A stretch of 64,000 nucleotides of DNA from positions 66,572 through 130,571 of the forward strand of contig CAYGBE010000214.1 in assembly GCA_964348065.1 (NCBI GenBank), read 5' to 3'. This document shows, in pieces, positions 25,914-35,548 of the stretch. Origin of the DNA: an uncultured archaeon. Lineage in GTDB: Archaea; Aenigmatarchaeota; Aenigmatarchaeia; Aenigmatarchaeales; Aenigmatarchaeaceae. Every line of letters starts with the position of its first letter. The first letter of the stretch is position 1. The position numbers and the translations under genes are program-made. The notes under the pieces are model-generated. The model was given only the letters and a program-made list of their open reading frames with translations. It was not told the DNA's origin and did not search any database.

Positions 25914-26198
25914 GTGGGTATGATTAAAGAATTTATGAATTTTATGAGAAAGCAAAATGTTGTAGCAGTTGCAATAGGTTTAGTAATAGGTTTTGCAGCA
26001 AAAACTTTGATAGATGCACTGGTAGCAGATTTAATAAGTCCTTTGTACACTCCATATTTAGGGTTAGGCACTGAAGCAACAGTAACAATAGGTTTATCAG
26101 TCTTTAAAATCGGTCATTTTATAGAAGCTTTAATCAGTTTTATAGTGATTTTATTTGTAGCATTCATGATAGGAAAGAGCATGGGAAAAAAGTTATAA
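25914..26198 (+). CDS. mscL: large-conductance mechanosensitive channel (MscL-like)
   Basis: MIKEFMNFMRKQNVVAVAIGLVIGFAAKTLIDALVADLISP matches the MscL N-terminus/TM1 pattern, and a second TM follows. The track start is GTG 25914; ATG at 25920 is equally plausible. Confidence 0.65.
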   Translation: MGMIKEFMNFMRKQNVVAVAIGLVIGFAAKTLIDALVADLISPLYTPYLGLGTEATVTIGLSVFKIGHFIEALISFIVILFVAFMIGKSMGKKL

Positions 26199-26234
26199 TT
26201 TAAATCCCTTTTCATTTTCTTATTCTTAACCATT

Positions 26235-26290
26235 AAGCTTAAATATACTTGCATACACATATTTTTTATCATACTATTTATGAGGTGATA
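26235..26290 (+). promoter_or_regulatory. thermosome promoter/SD region
   Basis: TATA-like TTAAATATA (26239-26247) and GAGGTGA (26282-26288) 6 nt before the ATG. Confidence 0.4.
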
Positions 26291-26294
26291 TAAA

Positions 26295-27935
26295 ATGACT
26301 AATGGACAAGCTCAGATGGGAGGACAGCCAATATTGGTTCTACCTGAAGGAACTTTGAGAACTTTAGGTAAAGGCGCTCAACATACTAACATAGCTGCAG
26401 CAAAAGCTGTTGCAGATGCTGTAAGAACAACTTTAGGTCCTAAGGGTATGGACAAAATGTTGGTTGATCGTCTAGGAGATATTGTAATAACAAATGATGG
26501 TGTAACTATTCTAGAAGAAATGCAAATAGAACACCCTGCTGCAAAAATGCTTGTAGAAGTTGCAAAAACGCAAAATGAAGAAGTTGGAGATGGGACAACA
26601 ACTGCAGCTGTTTTAGCAGGAGAATTGTTAAAAAAAGCAGAAGATCTTTTAGATCAAAACATACACCCAACAGTTATTACAAGAGGTTACAAACTTGCAA
26701 GAGAAAGATCATTAAAAGTTCTTGACAAAATCTCTGAAACAATAGAAGTTGATGATATGGAAGATTTAGTAAAAATAGCAATAACATCAATGACAGGAAA
26801 AAGTGCAGAAAGAGCTTCAGAGCATTTAGCAAAAGTTGTTGTAGAAGCAGTTAGAACTGTTTTAGAAAACAAAGAAGTTGACAAAGAAAATATTAAACTC
26901 GAGAAAAAACATGGTGGTTCAGCAGAAGATACAGAGTTAATAAAAGGTGTAATAATTGATAAAGAAGTTGTTCACCCAGCAATGCCTAAAAAATTAAAAT
27001 ATGCAAAAATTGCTTTGTTAGACTCTTCTTTAGAAATCGAAAAAACAGAAACGGATGCACAAATACAAATAACATCTCCAGATCAATTGCAAAAATTCTT
27101 AGAACAGGAAGAAAAGATATTAAAAGACATGGTTAACAAAGTTGCTTTGTCAGGATGCAATGTTTTATTCTGTCAAAAAGGAATAGATGATGTAGCTCAG
27201 CATTACTTAGCCAAAAAAGGCATTTTAACAGCTAGAAGAGTTAAGAAATCTGACATGGAAAAATTGTCAAGAGCAACTGGCGGAAATATAGTTTCAAATA
27301 TCTCAGATTTATCTGAAGATGATCTGGGAGGAGCAGGAGTTGTTGAAGAAAAGAAAATTTCTGGAGAAGAAATGATATTTGTTAGAGACTGTAAAAATCC
27401 AAAAGCAGTTTCAATATTAATCAGAGCTGGAACAGAACACGTTGTTGACGAAGTAGAAAGAGCAATTGAAGATGCAATTGGAGCAGTTGGTTCAGCCTTA
27501 GAAATTGGTAAAATAGTTGCTGGTGGTGGAGCACCAGAAGAAGCTGTTGCAAAGGATTTAAGAGAATTTGCTCAAAGTTATTCTGGGAGAGAACAACTAG
27601 CAATTTTAGCTTTTGCAGATGCAATGGAAATAATACCAAGAACATTAGCAGAAAATGCTGGATTAGACCCAATAGACATGTTAGTTGAACTAAGATCTGC
27701 ACATGAAGACGAAAAGAATACTCATGGAATAGATGTTTCTTTAGGAAAAATAGTTAACATGAAAGCAAAGGGTGTTATTGAACCATTGAAAATAAAAACA
27801 CAAGCAATAAAATCTGCTGCAGAAGCTTCTGAAATGATACTAAGAATAGATGACATAATATCAGCAGGAAAACTTGAGAAAGGTGGAGCACCTCCAATGC
27901 CTCCAGGCATGCCAGGTGGTATGGGAGGATACTAA
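26295..27935 (+). CDS. ths: thermosome subunit (group II chaperonin)
   Basis: [47 protein letters not shown] and a GGM-type tail [11 protein letters not shown]. Confidence 0.95.
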   Translation: MTNGQAQMGGQPILVLPEGTLRTLGKGAQHTNIAAAKAVADAVRTTLGPKGMDKMLVDRLGDIVITNDGVTILEEMQIEHPAAKMLVEVAKTQNEEVGDGTTTAAVLAGELLKKAEDLLDQNIHPTVITRGYKLARERSLKVLDKISETIEVDDMEDLVKIAITSMTGKSAERASEHLAKVVVEAVRTVLENKEVDKENIKLEKKHGGSAEDTELIKGVIIDKEVVHPAMPKKLKYAKIALLDSSLEIEKTETDAQIQITSPDQLQKFLEQEEKILKDMVNKVALSGCNVLFCQKGIDDVAQHYLAKKGILTARRVKKSDMEKLSRATGGNIVSNISDLSEDDLGGAGVVEEKKISGEEMIFVRDCKNPKAVSILIRAGTEHVVDEVERAIEDAIGAVGSALEIGKIVAGGGAPEEAVAKDLREFAQSYSGREQLAILAFADAMEIIPRTLAENAGLDPIDMLVELRSAHEDEKNTHGIDVSLGKIVNMKAKGVIEPLKIKTQAIKSAAEASEMILRIDDIISAGKLEKGGAPPMPPGMPGGMGGY

Positions 27936-28005
27936 TCTCCCCATTTTTTCTTTTTCTAAACTTTTATATACTGGTTTTTACACAATTTACTTAGGAGGTT
28001 AATAT

Positions 28006-28455
28006 ATGAAAGGAATATCAACAATATTGGCAATGATTTTGATTGTTATTATAGTTGTGGCATTGATAGGTCTAACTTATACCTTCGCAGTTGGATTGTT
28101 CGGCACAGCAACAGGTGGTGCTACTGAACAAACAGCAACTGTTACAGAAAGATTACAAAAAAGTGGTACTATTGTTTCATCATCTTGTGATAAGAATATA
28201 GTATCTGAACAAAGAAACTTTACAGTAACAATTAAAAACACGGGAACATTACCAATAAAGGCTAATGAAATCGCATTTTTCCAAGATGACGTAAGAGTAA
28301 CTGATTTTGATAAACCACTTACAGATCTTCTAGCAGGTGCACTTGAAACATATGAACTTGTAAACTCTACAGAAGCTGATGATGCAAGTCATATAATAAA
28401 ACTTTCAGTACCAGCAGGTGAAGTTACCTATTCATCAACTTGTTCATCATCTTAA
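28006..28455 (+). CDS. archaeal type IV pilin (class III signal peptide)
   Basis: MKG/ISTILAMILIVIIVVALIGLTYTF N-terminus (prepilin-peptidase site after G, hydrophobic helix). GGAGGT SD. Small beta-rich C-domain. Confidence 0.75.
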   Translation: MKGISTILAMILIVIIVVALIGLTYTFAVGLFGTATGGATEQTATVTERLQKSGTIVSSSCDKNIVSEQRNFTVTIKNTGTLPIKANEIAFFQDDVRVTDFDKPLTDLLAGALETYELVNSTEADDASHIIKLSVPAGEVTYSSTCSSS

Positions 28456-28497
28456 TAAAGAACATTTATATATAGTAGCTACAGCCAAACTATAGTT

Positions 28498-29028
28498 ATG
28501 CCAGAAGAAGATGTAAGTTATGAAATAATACCAGTAACACCTATCAAAAAGCTGCAGGAAAGAATAGAAAGAATAGAATCAACAGGAACCTCGCCACAAT
28601 TGCAGAATTTGATAAATCAGATAATAGAATTAATAAAAAATAATCAGAAAATTGTAAATGATGTTATTCAGGCAAATGTAGAGCTAAAAAATGAACTTTC
28701 TAGATTGCCTTCAAAGATTGATGATCTGTTAGCTACTATAAATAATTTTATTTCTTTAGTAGAGGCTGCTGCAAGCGAAGAAGTAGCACCAGCTACACAG
28801 CCTCAAGTTCAACAACCTAGTCCTGATGTTTTTAAGCCAATAATTGAGGAATTAAAGAAAATTTCTGATCAGAACAAAAATCTCGTGGAAAGCAACAAAA
28901 CTGTTCTTGAAGAATTAAAGAAAGCAGATAGGAGAGCTAAAGCCAGAGGAACACCAGTCTCAGCATTATTATCTACTTATCCCCTAAGAAGGGATTTGAA
29001 AAAAGACATAAGAAAAGTTGAGCAGTAA
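28498..29028 (+). CDS. hypothetical coiled-coil protein embedded in the pilin array
   Basis: 176 aa with no TM or signal and heptad-like Q/N/E/L-rich helices. The stop overlaps the next pilin start (TAATG). Confidence 0.45.
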   Translation: MPEEDVSYEIIPVTPIKKLQERIERIESTGTSPQLQNLINQIIELIKNNQKIVNDVIQANVELKNELSRLPSKIDDLLATINNFISLVEAAASEEVAPATQPQVQQPSPDVFKPIIEELKKISDQNKNLVESNKTVLEELKKADRRAKARGTPVSALLSTYPLRRDLKKDIRKVEQ

Positions 29029-29462
29029 TGAAAGGTGTAAGTGCAATAATTGCAATAATTCTAATATTAATGATAGTTGTGGCTTTGGCTGCTCTAACAT
29101 ACACTTGGTTTACTGGAATATTTGGAAGCTTAACTACAAGCGCTTCTAATGCAACAACAACAGCCACAACAGCACTAGGAATGAAATTTGAAATAGAAAG
29201 GGCAAAATTTTATGATACACCATATAATCATGTTAATGCTACTATCAGAAACAAAGGAACTCTAGATATTGACCCAAGCAAATTTGGAATTTATATTGAT
29301 GGTAGCCTTTCTCCTGAATATACTTATCCCTATAGCAAAATATCTCCAGCAGATAGCATAGATATATTAATTAATAACACAACCTCAGCAGCATGTTCAA
29401 ACAAAGTATTAAAAATAACTATTGAAACTGGTCTTGAAGACTATAGAACAATTACTTGTTGA
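29028..29462 (+). CDS. archaeal type IV pilin (class III signal peptide)
   Basis: MKG/VSAIIAIILILMIVVALAALTYTWF. Stop is TGA immediately followed by TAG. Confidence 0.75.
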   Translation: MKGVSAIIAIILILMIVVALAALTYTWFTGIFGSLTTSASNATTTATTALGMKFEIERAKFYDTPYNHVNATIRNKGTLDIDPSKFGIYIDGSLSPEYTYPYSKISPADSIDILINNTTSAACSNKVLKITIETGLEDYRTITC

Positions 29463-29467
29463 TAGAA

Positions 29468-29902
29468 GTGAAAGGTGTAAGTGCAATAATTGCAATAATT
29501 CTAATAATAATGATAGTTGTGGCTTTGGCTGCTCTAGCTTATCCATGGATTGTTGAGATGTTTGGTATTTTAGTTGGAACTACAAAAAGCTCAACAGATA
29601 CCTCAACCAATGTTATGGGAACTGAATTTAAAATAGAAGTAGCAAAAAATATTACAGGTCTTAGTAATTGTTGTAATGTATCTGTTACTATAAAAAATAT
29701 AGGAACGAGCATAATAGGCCTGACAAAAATAGCTGCTTACGTAGATTATGAGAAACAAACCATATACAATCAAATAAATTTAGGAAATTTGGCTTCTGAT
29801 AATGTAGTAACATTTAATATTTCTGCAAATGAAGATCCAAAAGGCAAAAAATTAAAAATAGTGACTAATATTGGCATAGAAAAAACAACGACAATTACTT
29901 AA
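29468..29902 (+). CDS. archaeal type IV pilin (class III signal; GTG start preferred over track ATG 29456)
   Basis: From GTG 29468 the first 70 nt are 67/70 identical to the start of the preceding pilin gene, giving (M)KG/VSAIIAIILIIMIVVALAALAYPW. The ATG at 29456 would add an atypical MLIE prefix. Confidence 0.7.
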   Translation: MKGVSAIIAIILIIMIVVALAALAYPWIVEMFGILVGTTKSSTDTSTNVMGTEFKIEVAKNITGLSNCCNVSVTIKNIGTSIIGLTKIAAYVDYEKQTIYNQINLGNLASDNVVTFNISANEDPKGKKLKIVTNIGIEKTTTIT

Positions 29903-29925
29903 TAAAATAAAAACAATTAAGTATC

Positions 29926-30438
29926 ATGAAAGGACAATCAGAAATATTGGTTTTTGTTCTTCTTTTTTTATTAAGCGTTGGACTATTTACAGTAGCTGTC
30001 TTTTGGGGCAAAGATATTTTTCAGCAAAATGTTGATATAACAAAAGTTTCTGCAGCAGAAGAGTTTATGAAAGAAATTGATTATGCTATTCAAAGTTTAA
30101 TAAAATTTGGTGGGTATTGGGAAGAAGATTATAAAGTAGATGGGCCAATAACATTAGTTGATAGTAAAACTATTGAAGTTAGAACAGTTATTCCTTCTGG
30201 AATGCCAATACCAGATTATTGGGTTAATATATCTTCTGATTCCTCTTATTATATAAGAGAAATGCTGGATGGAGATGTTCTTAGAGTTCAATTGGTTTAT
30301 CCTGAAAATGAATATAAAGTTGAGTTTTTTACTGAAGGTCCAACCTTAGCAAAACCAAAAAAAGTTAGAATCGAAAAAAATTCTACAACTATTGAAAACA
30401 ATAAAGGAACAATCAAAATAAGAGTAACCTTTATATAA
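29926..30438 (+). CDS. pilin-like protein (class III signal)
   Basis: MKG/QSEILVFVLLFLLSVGLFTVAVFW N-terminus. Confidence 0.6.
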   Translation: MKGQSEILVFVLLFLLSVGLFTVAVFWGKDIFQQNVDITKVSAAEEFMKEIDYAIQSLIKFGGYWEEDYKVDGPITLVDSKTIEVRTVIPSGMPIPDYWVNISSDSSYYIREMLDGDVLRVQLVYPENEYKVEFFTEGPTLAKPKKVRIEKNSTTIENNKGTIKIRVTFI

Positions 30439-30446
30439 TATTTTTT

Positions 30447-30863
30447 ATGAAAGGACAGTATCTTACTGTTGAGTACATACTTTTTTTCATAATTGGAATT
30501 GTTATGGTAATTTCTGTTTATTTCATATTTTCAAACATAAATAAATTGTCTGAAAGAGGTACATTAAAATCCCAACTTGAAGCTGTGGGAGAAAAAATAA
30601 GAGGAACTATTGTAAATATATTAGAAGTTTCCATTTCAACAGAAAGTGAAATAAGTTATAATTTGTCTATACCTTCAAGATTATCAACATGTGTATACAC
30701 AATAGAAGTTAACGATGATTTGTATCTAAATTGCACTCATGATGTTAGTATTGGTGTTACTTTAAGCTTGTATAATCTTAATATTACAACAGAAAATATT
30801 ATATATAGTACAAAGGGTCGTGTTGAAATAGATGCTTATTATAATGAGGTTCGATTAAGATGA
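30447..30863 (+). CDS. pilin-like protein (class III signal)
   Basis: MKG/QYLTVEYILFFIIGIVMVISVYFIF N-terminus. The stop overlaps the ATPase start (ATGA). Confidence 0.6.
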   Translation: MKGQYLTVEYILFFIIGIVMVISVYFIFSNINKLSERGTLKSQLEAVGEKIRGTIVNILEVSISTESEISYNLSIPSRLSTCVYTIEVNDDLYLNCTHDVSIGVTLSLYNLNITTENIIYSTKGRVEIDAYYNEVRLR

Positions 30864-32680
30864 AGAAGAAAACAAGAACCATAAAACTTAAAGGTAAATT
30901 AAAATTAAGTAGGGTTTTTCGAAAAGCTGTTAGAGGTTATAGAATTCTTAGAGCAAAGATGTTAATAAAACCTGGAATAAAAATGGGGAAAAAAGGAATT
31001 TCAAGAGGAGTTTCAAGAGGGTCTCCTCGTATAGAAGGTCCTATAGTATTAGGTGGTGGAGCTGCTACTCTTCCTGTAAAGATTAGTGAAATAAAGGCTG
31101 AGAAATTTATAATTGAAGAAGGAGAAGAAACTGAAGGAATTCCAATAATAAGTGATGTTGAACCAATGACAATAGAAGGTCCTGGAATCATTTTAAAGGA
31201 TATAAATGTTTTTTACGATCTTATAAAGTATGACTCTAAGGTTTTTGCATCTGTGAACATAAAGTGGTCTGATGCTCATTCTTCTTTAATTTATCAAGTT
31301 TTTGAACCGAAATTAACACGTGAGGAAAGGAATCTGTTGAACAAAATAAAAACAATGCTCATAGAAAAACTAGATGTTGACTTTACAACATTAAGAAAAG
31401 GTGAAGCCAGAAATTTTTTGGTTAAAAGATTTGAAGAAATGTTATCATCATTATCACTTGATGTTTCTGAAAATAAGAAAAAGGAGTTCTTATATTATAT
31501 TGAAAGAGACTTTATAGGTCTAGGAAAAATAGAACCCTTAATGAAGGATCCTAATTTAGAAGACATATCTTGTGATGGTGTAGGAGTCCCATTGTATGTA
31601 TACCATAGAAATCCTGTAATAGGAAGTGTTAAAACAAATATATTCTTTGAAACAGGTGAAGAACTTGATATTTTTGTAAATAAACTTTCACAAAGATGTG
31701 GAAAGAGTATTTCAGTTGCTCAACCACTTACTGGTGGAACTTTACCAGATGGTTCTAGAATACAAGCAACTTTAGGAACTGATATAGCAAGAAAAGGAAG
31801 TAATTTTACTATTAGAAAGTTTAGTGAAAGGCCTTTAACACCTGTAAATTTATTAAATCTTAAAACACTTAATACTAAAATTGCTGCATATTTATGGTTT
31901 TGTGTAGAATATGGTAGGAGTATTTTAATTACTGGAGGTGTTGCTACAGGAAAAACAACTCTTCTAAATGCTATGTCTCTATTCATTAAACCAGAACTAA
32001 AAATTGTATCAATAGAAGATACGGCTGAACTGGTTCTTCCACACCCTCATTGGGTTCCTAGTGTTGCTAGACTACCAATGGCAGAAATAGGAAGGAAAAA
32101 AGTAGGAGAAGTAGATCTTTTTGATTTATTAAAAGAATCATTAAGACAAAGACCAGATTACTTAATAGTAGGAGAGGTTAGAGGAAAAGAAGCTTATGTT
32201 TTATTTCAGCAAATAGCCACTGGTCATAGCTCTTTATCAACAATACACGCAGACTCTATGGAAAGATTAATAGATAGATTAACAACACCACCAATTAGTC
32301 TTCCAGCAAATCTTATAGAAGCCTTAGATATAATTATTTTCCTGGTTAGAATAAAATATGGCCAAACATACGTAAGAAGAATAAGAAGTATTTTTGAAAT
32401 ACTTGGTTTTGACAAAAAAAAGAACTTTCCTATTGTAAATGAAGTGTTTAAATGGAATCCGACAACTGACAGCTATGAAGAGGTAAATCCTTCTGTTGTT
32501 TTAAAAAGAATTTCTCAGCAATTTGGAATCAAACAAGAATATTTGCAACATGAAATATCTGATAGAATAAAGGTTTTAAAATGGATGGTTGAAAAAAATA
32601 TAGAAGATTATAGAGACGTAGCAAAAATTTCAAAACTCTATTATACAAGATCAGAAGAATTGTTAGAAGCTATAACATAG
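30860..32680 (+). CDS. type IV pilus/archaellum-family assembly ATPase (FlaI/GspE/VirB11 superfamily)
   Basis: Walker A GGVATGKTTLLNAM, Walker B/Asp box KIVSIEDTAEL, and RQRPDYLIVGEVRGKEA, HSSLSTIHA. Has a ~100-aa Lys/Arg/Gly-rich N-terminal extension, so the true start may be internal. Confidence 0.85.
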   Translation: MKKKTRTIKLKGKLKLSRVFRKAVRGYRILRAKMLIKPGIKMGKKGISRGVSRGSPRIEGPIVLGGGAATLPVKISEIKAEKFIIEEGEETEGIPIISDVEPMTIEGPGIILKDINVFYDLIKYDSKVFASVNIKWSDAHSSLIYQVFEPKLTREERNLLNKIKTMLIEKLDVDFTTLRKGEARNFLVKRFEEMLSSLSLDVSENKKKEFLYYIERDFIGLGKIEPLMKDPNLEDISCDGVGVPLYVYHRNPVIGSVKTNIFFETGEELDIFVNKLSQRCGKSISVAQPLTGGTLPDGSRIQATLGTDIARKGSNFTIRKFSERPLTPVNLLNLKTLNTKIAAYLWFCVEYGRSILITGGVATGKTTLLNAMSLFIKPELKIVSIEDTAELVLPHPHWVPSVARLPMAEIGRKKVGEVDLFDLLKESLRQRPDYLIVGEVRGKEAYVLFQQIATGHSSLSTIHADSMERLIDRLTTPPISLPANLIEALDIIIFLVRIKYGQTYVRRIRSIFEILGFDKKKNFPIVNEVFKWNPTTDSYEEVNPSVVLKRISQQFGIKQEYLQHEISDRIKVLKWMVEKNIEDYRDVAKISKLYYTRSEELLEAIT

Positions 32681-32688
32681 ATGATTTC

Positions 32689-33570
32689 ATGACTATCTGG
32701 AAAATACTCAAAGACCTATCATTTAAATTCTTCAAACACAGCTTAGATCCTTTTGTTGACCTATTTGAAAGCATAAAACCTGATTTATTAAAGGCTGATA
32801 TAGGTCTAACTTTATTAGAATATGTTTATGTAATGTTTTTCTCAGTTCTTTTGTTCTTTGTTATAGAATTTCCTATTGTTACAATAATAACAAGTTTTCT
32901 TTTACAAGACATATTATTAGCATTTTTGTTTTCATTTACTTTGAATATTGTTATTACTCTTATTGTTTTCTTTATTTTTTACACGTATCCTAGCATGATT
33001 GCAACAAAAAGAAAAAGAGATATTGAGTCTGCCTTACCATTTGCAACAACTTACATGGCAACAGTGGCAAATTCAGGAGCTCCGCCTGTAACAATGTTTA
33101 AAGTTATTTCACAATTTGGAGAATATGGTGAAGTTTCTAAGGAAATGAGAAAAATTTATAGGGATATAGAGGTGTTTGGCATGGATCTGATAGGCGCTTT
33201 AAGAAAAACTGCTAATAGAACACCGTCTGAAGAATTAAAAGAATTGTTATGGGGATTGGACACTGTTTTAACAAGTGGTGGTAATCTTAGTGATTTTTTA
33301 CATGAAAAATCTAGGCTTTTTATAGCAGAGTATGGAAGAAGATTACAACAATACTCTAGAACTTTGTCTATTTTAATAGAGATTTACTTGACTTTAATCT
33401 TGGTAGGATCTGTATTTTTTGTAATTATAACTGCCTTAATGTCATTATTGGGTGGGGGAGGAATGAGTAGTTATTTGTCGTTTATACAGTTTTTAGTTAT
33501 TTTTATAGTTTTACCATTTGTGTCTGTTGGTTTTATAGTTTTAATAAAATCCATAGCTCCAGCAGCGTGA
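32689..33570 (+). CDS. pilus platform membrane protein, FlaJ/TadC-type (T2SS-F domain), half 1
   Basis: ALPFATTYMATVANSGAPPVTMFKVIS...GMDLIGALRKTANRTPSEELKELLWGLDTVLTSGGNLSDFL, flanked by TM helices. Confidence 0.75.
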   Translation: MTIWKILKDLSFKFFKHSLDPFVDLFESIKPDLLKADIGLTLLEYVYVMFFSVLLFFVIEFPIVTIITSFLLQDILLAFLFSFTLNIVITLIVFFIFYTYPSMIATKRKRDIESALPFATTYMATVANSGAPPVTMFKVISQFGEYGEVSKEMRKIYRDIEVFGMDLIGALRKTANRTPSEELKELLWGLDTVLTSGGNLSDFLHEKSRLFIAEYGRRLQQYSRTLSILIEIYLTLILVGSVFFVIITALMSLLGGGGMSSYLSFIQFLVIFIVLPFVSVGFIVLIKSIAPAA

Positions 33571-33574
33571 TAAA

Positions 33575-34516
33575 ATGAAAAAAAAGGAAAAAAAATTCAA
33601 ATTTAAAATAAAATTCATACCAATAATAATAGCAGCAGTATTAGTTTTAGTGAGCATGTTTTTCTATGAAAATATTGGCCTAATGGGAAATCTTATTCTT
33701 TTAGCAGTTGTAGTAGGAGTTGTTCCTTATGCATTTTTATCGTATTTTGAATACCAAAAAATAAAATCAATGGAAGATCAACTGCCCTTGTTTTTGTTAG
33801 ACCTTTCTGAAGGTCAAAAAATAGGAATGACATTACCAGAAGCATTAAAACAAGTAGTAAAAACTGATTATGGAAAATTAACAGAAGAAATTAAAAAAAT
33901 TAATTATCAGTTATCTTGGGGTACGCCCACACAAGAAGTTATGAATAATTTTGCTCTTAGAACAAAAAAATCTAACTTAATAGGAAGGGTAGTTAGAATC
34001 ATAAATGAAGCTTATAGTTCTGGGGGTGATATTGCTAGAACAATGGAAGCTACAGCATCTGATATAACTGCAATAAAAGAGGCTGAAAAAGAAAGAAGAG
34101 CTGTTACATTTCAACACATGATGATAATGTATGCTATTTATTTCATATTTATTGGAATAGTTATTGGTCTTTCTCAAACTTTAATACCATTAATGGAACT
34201 AGACGTTGAATCAAGTGAAATAACAGGCGAAATGATGACTTTTAGTGACCCTTGTGAAATTTGTGTAAATAATCCAGATATTTATTGCATAAATTGTTCA
34301 GTTTTTTCAGTTGTTTGCCAAATGTTTGGAATTGAAAAAAGTTGTTATTATTATGCACTATTTCTTTTAATGGCTATAGTTCAAGGTATATTTTCTGGAT
34401 TAGTAGCAGGACAAATTGGAGAGGGGTCTGTAACTGCTGGTCTAAAACATAGCTCAATAATGACAATATCTGGTTTTGGTATAATATTATTCTTGCTAAA
34501 AGCTGGAGTGATTTAA
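33575..34516 (+). CDS. pilus platform membrane protein, FlaJ/TadC-type, half 2 (with Cys-rich loop)
   Basis: QLPLFLLDLSEGQKIGMTLPEALKQV...WGTPTQEVMNNFALRT...SSGGDIARTME plus TM helices. Extra loop is DPCEICVNNPDIYCINCSVFSVVCQMFGIEKSC. Confidence 0.7.
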   Translation: MKKKEKKFKFKIKFIPIIIAAVLVLVSMFFYENIGLMGNLILLAVVVGVVPYAFLSYFEYQKIKSMEDQLPLFLLDLSEGQKIGMTLPEALKQVVKTDYGKLTEEIKKINYQLSWGTPTQEVMNNFALRTKKSNLIGRVVRIINEAYSSGGDIARTMEATASDITAIKEAEKERRAVTFQHMMIMYAIYFIFIGIVIGLSQTLIPLMELDVESSEITGEMMTFSDPCEICVNNPDIYCINCSVFSVVCQMFGIEKSCYYYALFLLMAIVQGIFSGLVAGQIGEGSVTAGLKHSSIMTISGFGIILFLLKAGVI

Positions 34517-35547
34517 TGCAAGGGCAAACAAGAATAGAATTTATTTTTGCTGTTATAATATTTACACTAATAATTTTTCAAATTGTAACTCAAATAAATA
34601 ATACTTTTTCTAGCATCAATAAAGATTATGAAATCGACAGCCTAAAAGTACGGGCTTTAAACACGCTTATAACTCTTGTAGAAACAGGAGATGTGGAAAA
34701 ACACTATAAAGTTCCTATTCCAGTCGATGTAATGTTGGTTAATGATGTATCAGGCAGTATGGATGATGGTTGTGTTTGTGATAATGTAGACGCTTGTACT
34801 AATTGTGTTGGTCCTTGTGGTATATGTGATGCAAAAAATGCTTCAAAAATCTTTGTAGATGAGTTGAATTCTACAAATGATCGATCTGGGCTTGTTGCAT
34901 TCAATGCTTCAGCTCATGTTCTTCAAAGTTTAACATATAATAAACAAGATGTTAAAGACGCCATAGATGCTTTGAGAACAAGTAGTAGCACTGCAATAGG
35001 TGATGGTATTGATAATGCAACAGAAGAATTAATGAATAATGGTAGGTCTAATGCAGAGTGGGTACAAATTTTATTAACTGATGGGCAACACAACAGAGGT
35101 CAAGAACCTGAACCTGCAGCACAGGAAGCTGCAAACAACAACATAGTAATATATACTGTTGGACTTGGTGATGAAAGCAATTTTAATGTAACTTTATTAG
35201 GAATAATAGCTTCTATGACTGGTGGAAAATATTATCATGTTCCAGACAGTAGTCAATTAGTAGAAATATACGAAGAAATAGCTTTTGAAATAAAATCTGA
35301 AAAAATAGCGGTTGGATTAATAGCAGAAAAACCCTATAGGATTTCGGAAATAAAAATAGGAGATATAAGTCAAGATTGTGATATTTTGGATATTTTTGAA
35401 CTTGAAACTTATAGATTAAGGGTCTATAATTCAACAGATTTATTATTATTTTGTGGAACCGAAACCTTAAGACCCCCAAAGGTAGTAGTTAGCAAGAAGG
35501 TTTTTATTGGAAATAATTTAGGAAATGTAACATTGGAGTTGTGGTAA
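34516..35547 (+). CDS. pilin-like von Willebrand factor A (vWA) domain protein
   Basis: Class III-like N-terminus MQG/QTRIEFIFAVIIFTLIIF (Glu at +5). MIDAS motif DVSGSM...TAIGDG...LLTDGQHN. 6-Cys insertion directly after DxSxS. Confidence 0.75.
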   Translation: MQGQTRIEFIFAVIIFTLIIFQIVTQINNTFSSINKDYEIDSLKVRALNTLITLVETGDVEKHYKVPIPVDVMLVNDVSGSMDDGCVCDNVDACTNCVGPCGICDAKNASKIFVDELNSTNDRSGLVAFNASAHVLQSLTYNKQDVKDAIDALRTSSSTAIGDGIDNATEELMNNGRSNAEWVQILLTDGQHNRGQEPEPAAQEAANNNIVIYTVGLGDESNFNVTLLGIIASMTGGKYYHVPDSSQLVEIYEEIAFEIKSEKIAVGLIAEKPYRISEIKIGDISQDCDILDIFELETYRLRVYNSTDLLLFCGTETLRPPKVVVSKKVFIGNNLGNVTLELW

Positions 35548-35548
35548 A

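Noticed and set aside
26687-27910. Several 60-93-aa minus-strand ORFs within the thermosome gene
   Set aside because: They are antisense shadows of an unambiguous 546-aa group II chaperonin, with no start context or motifs.
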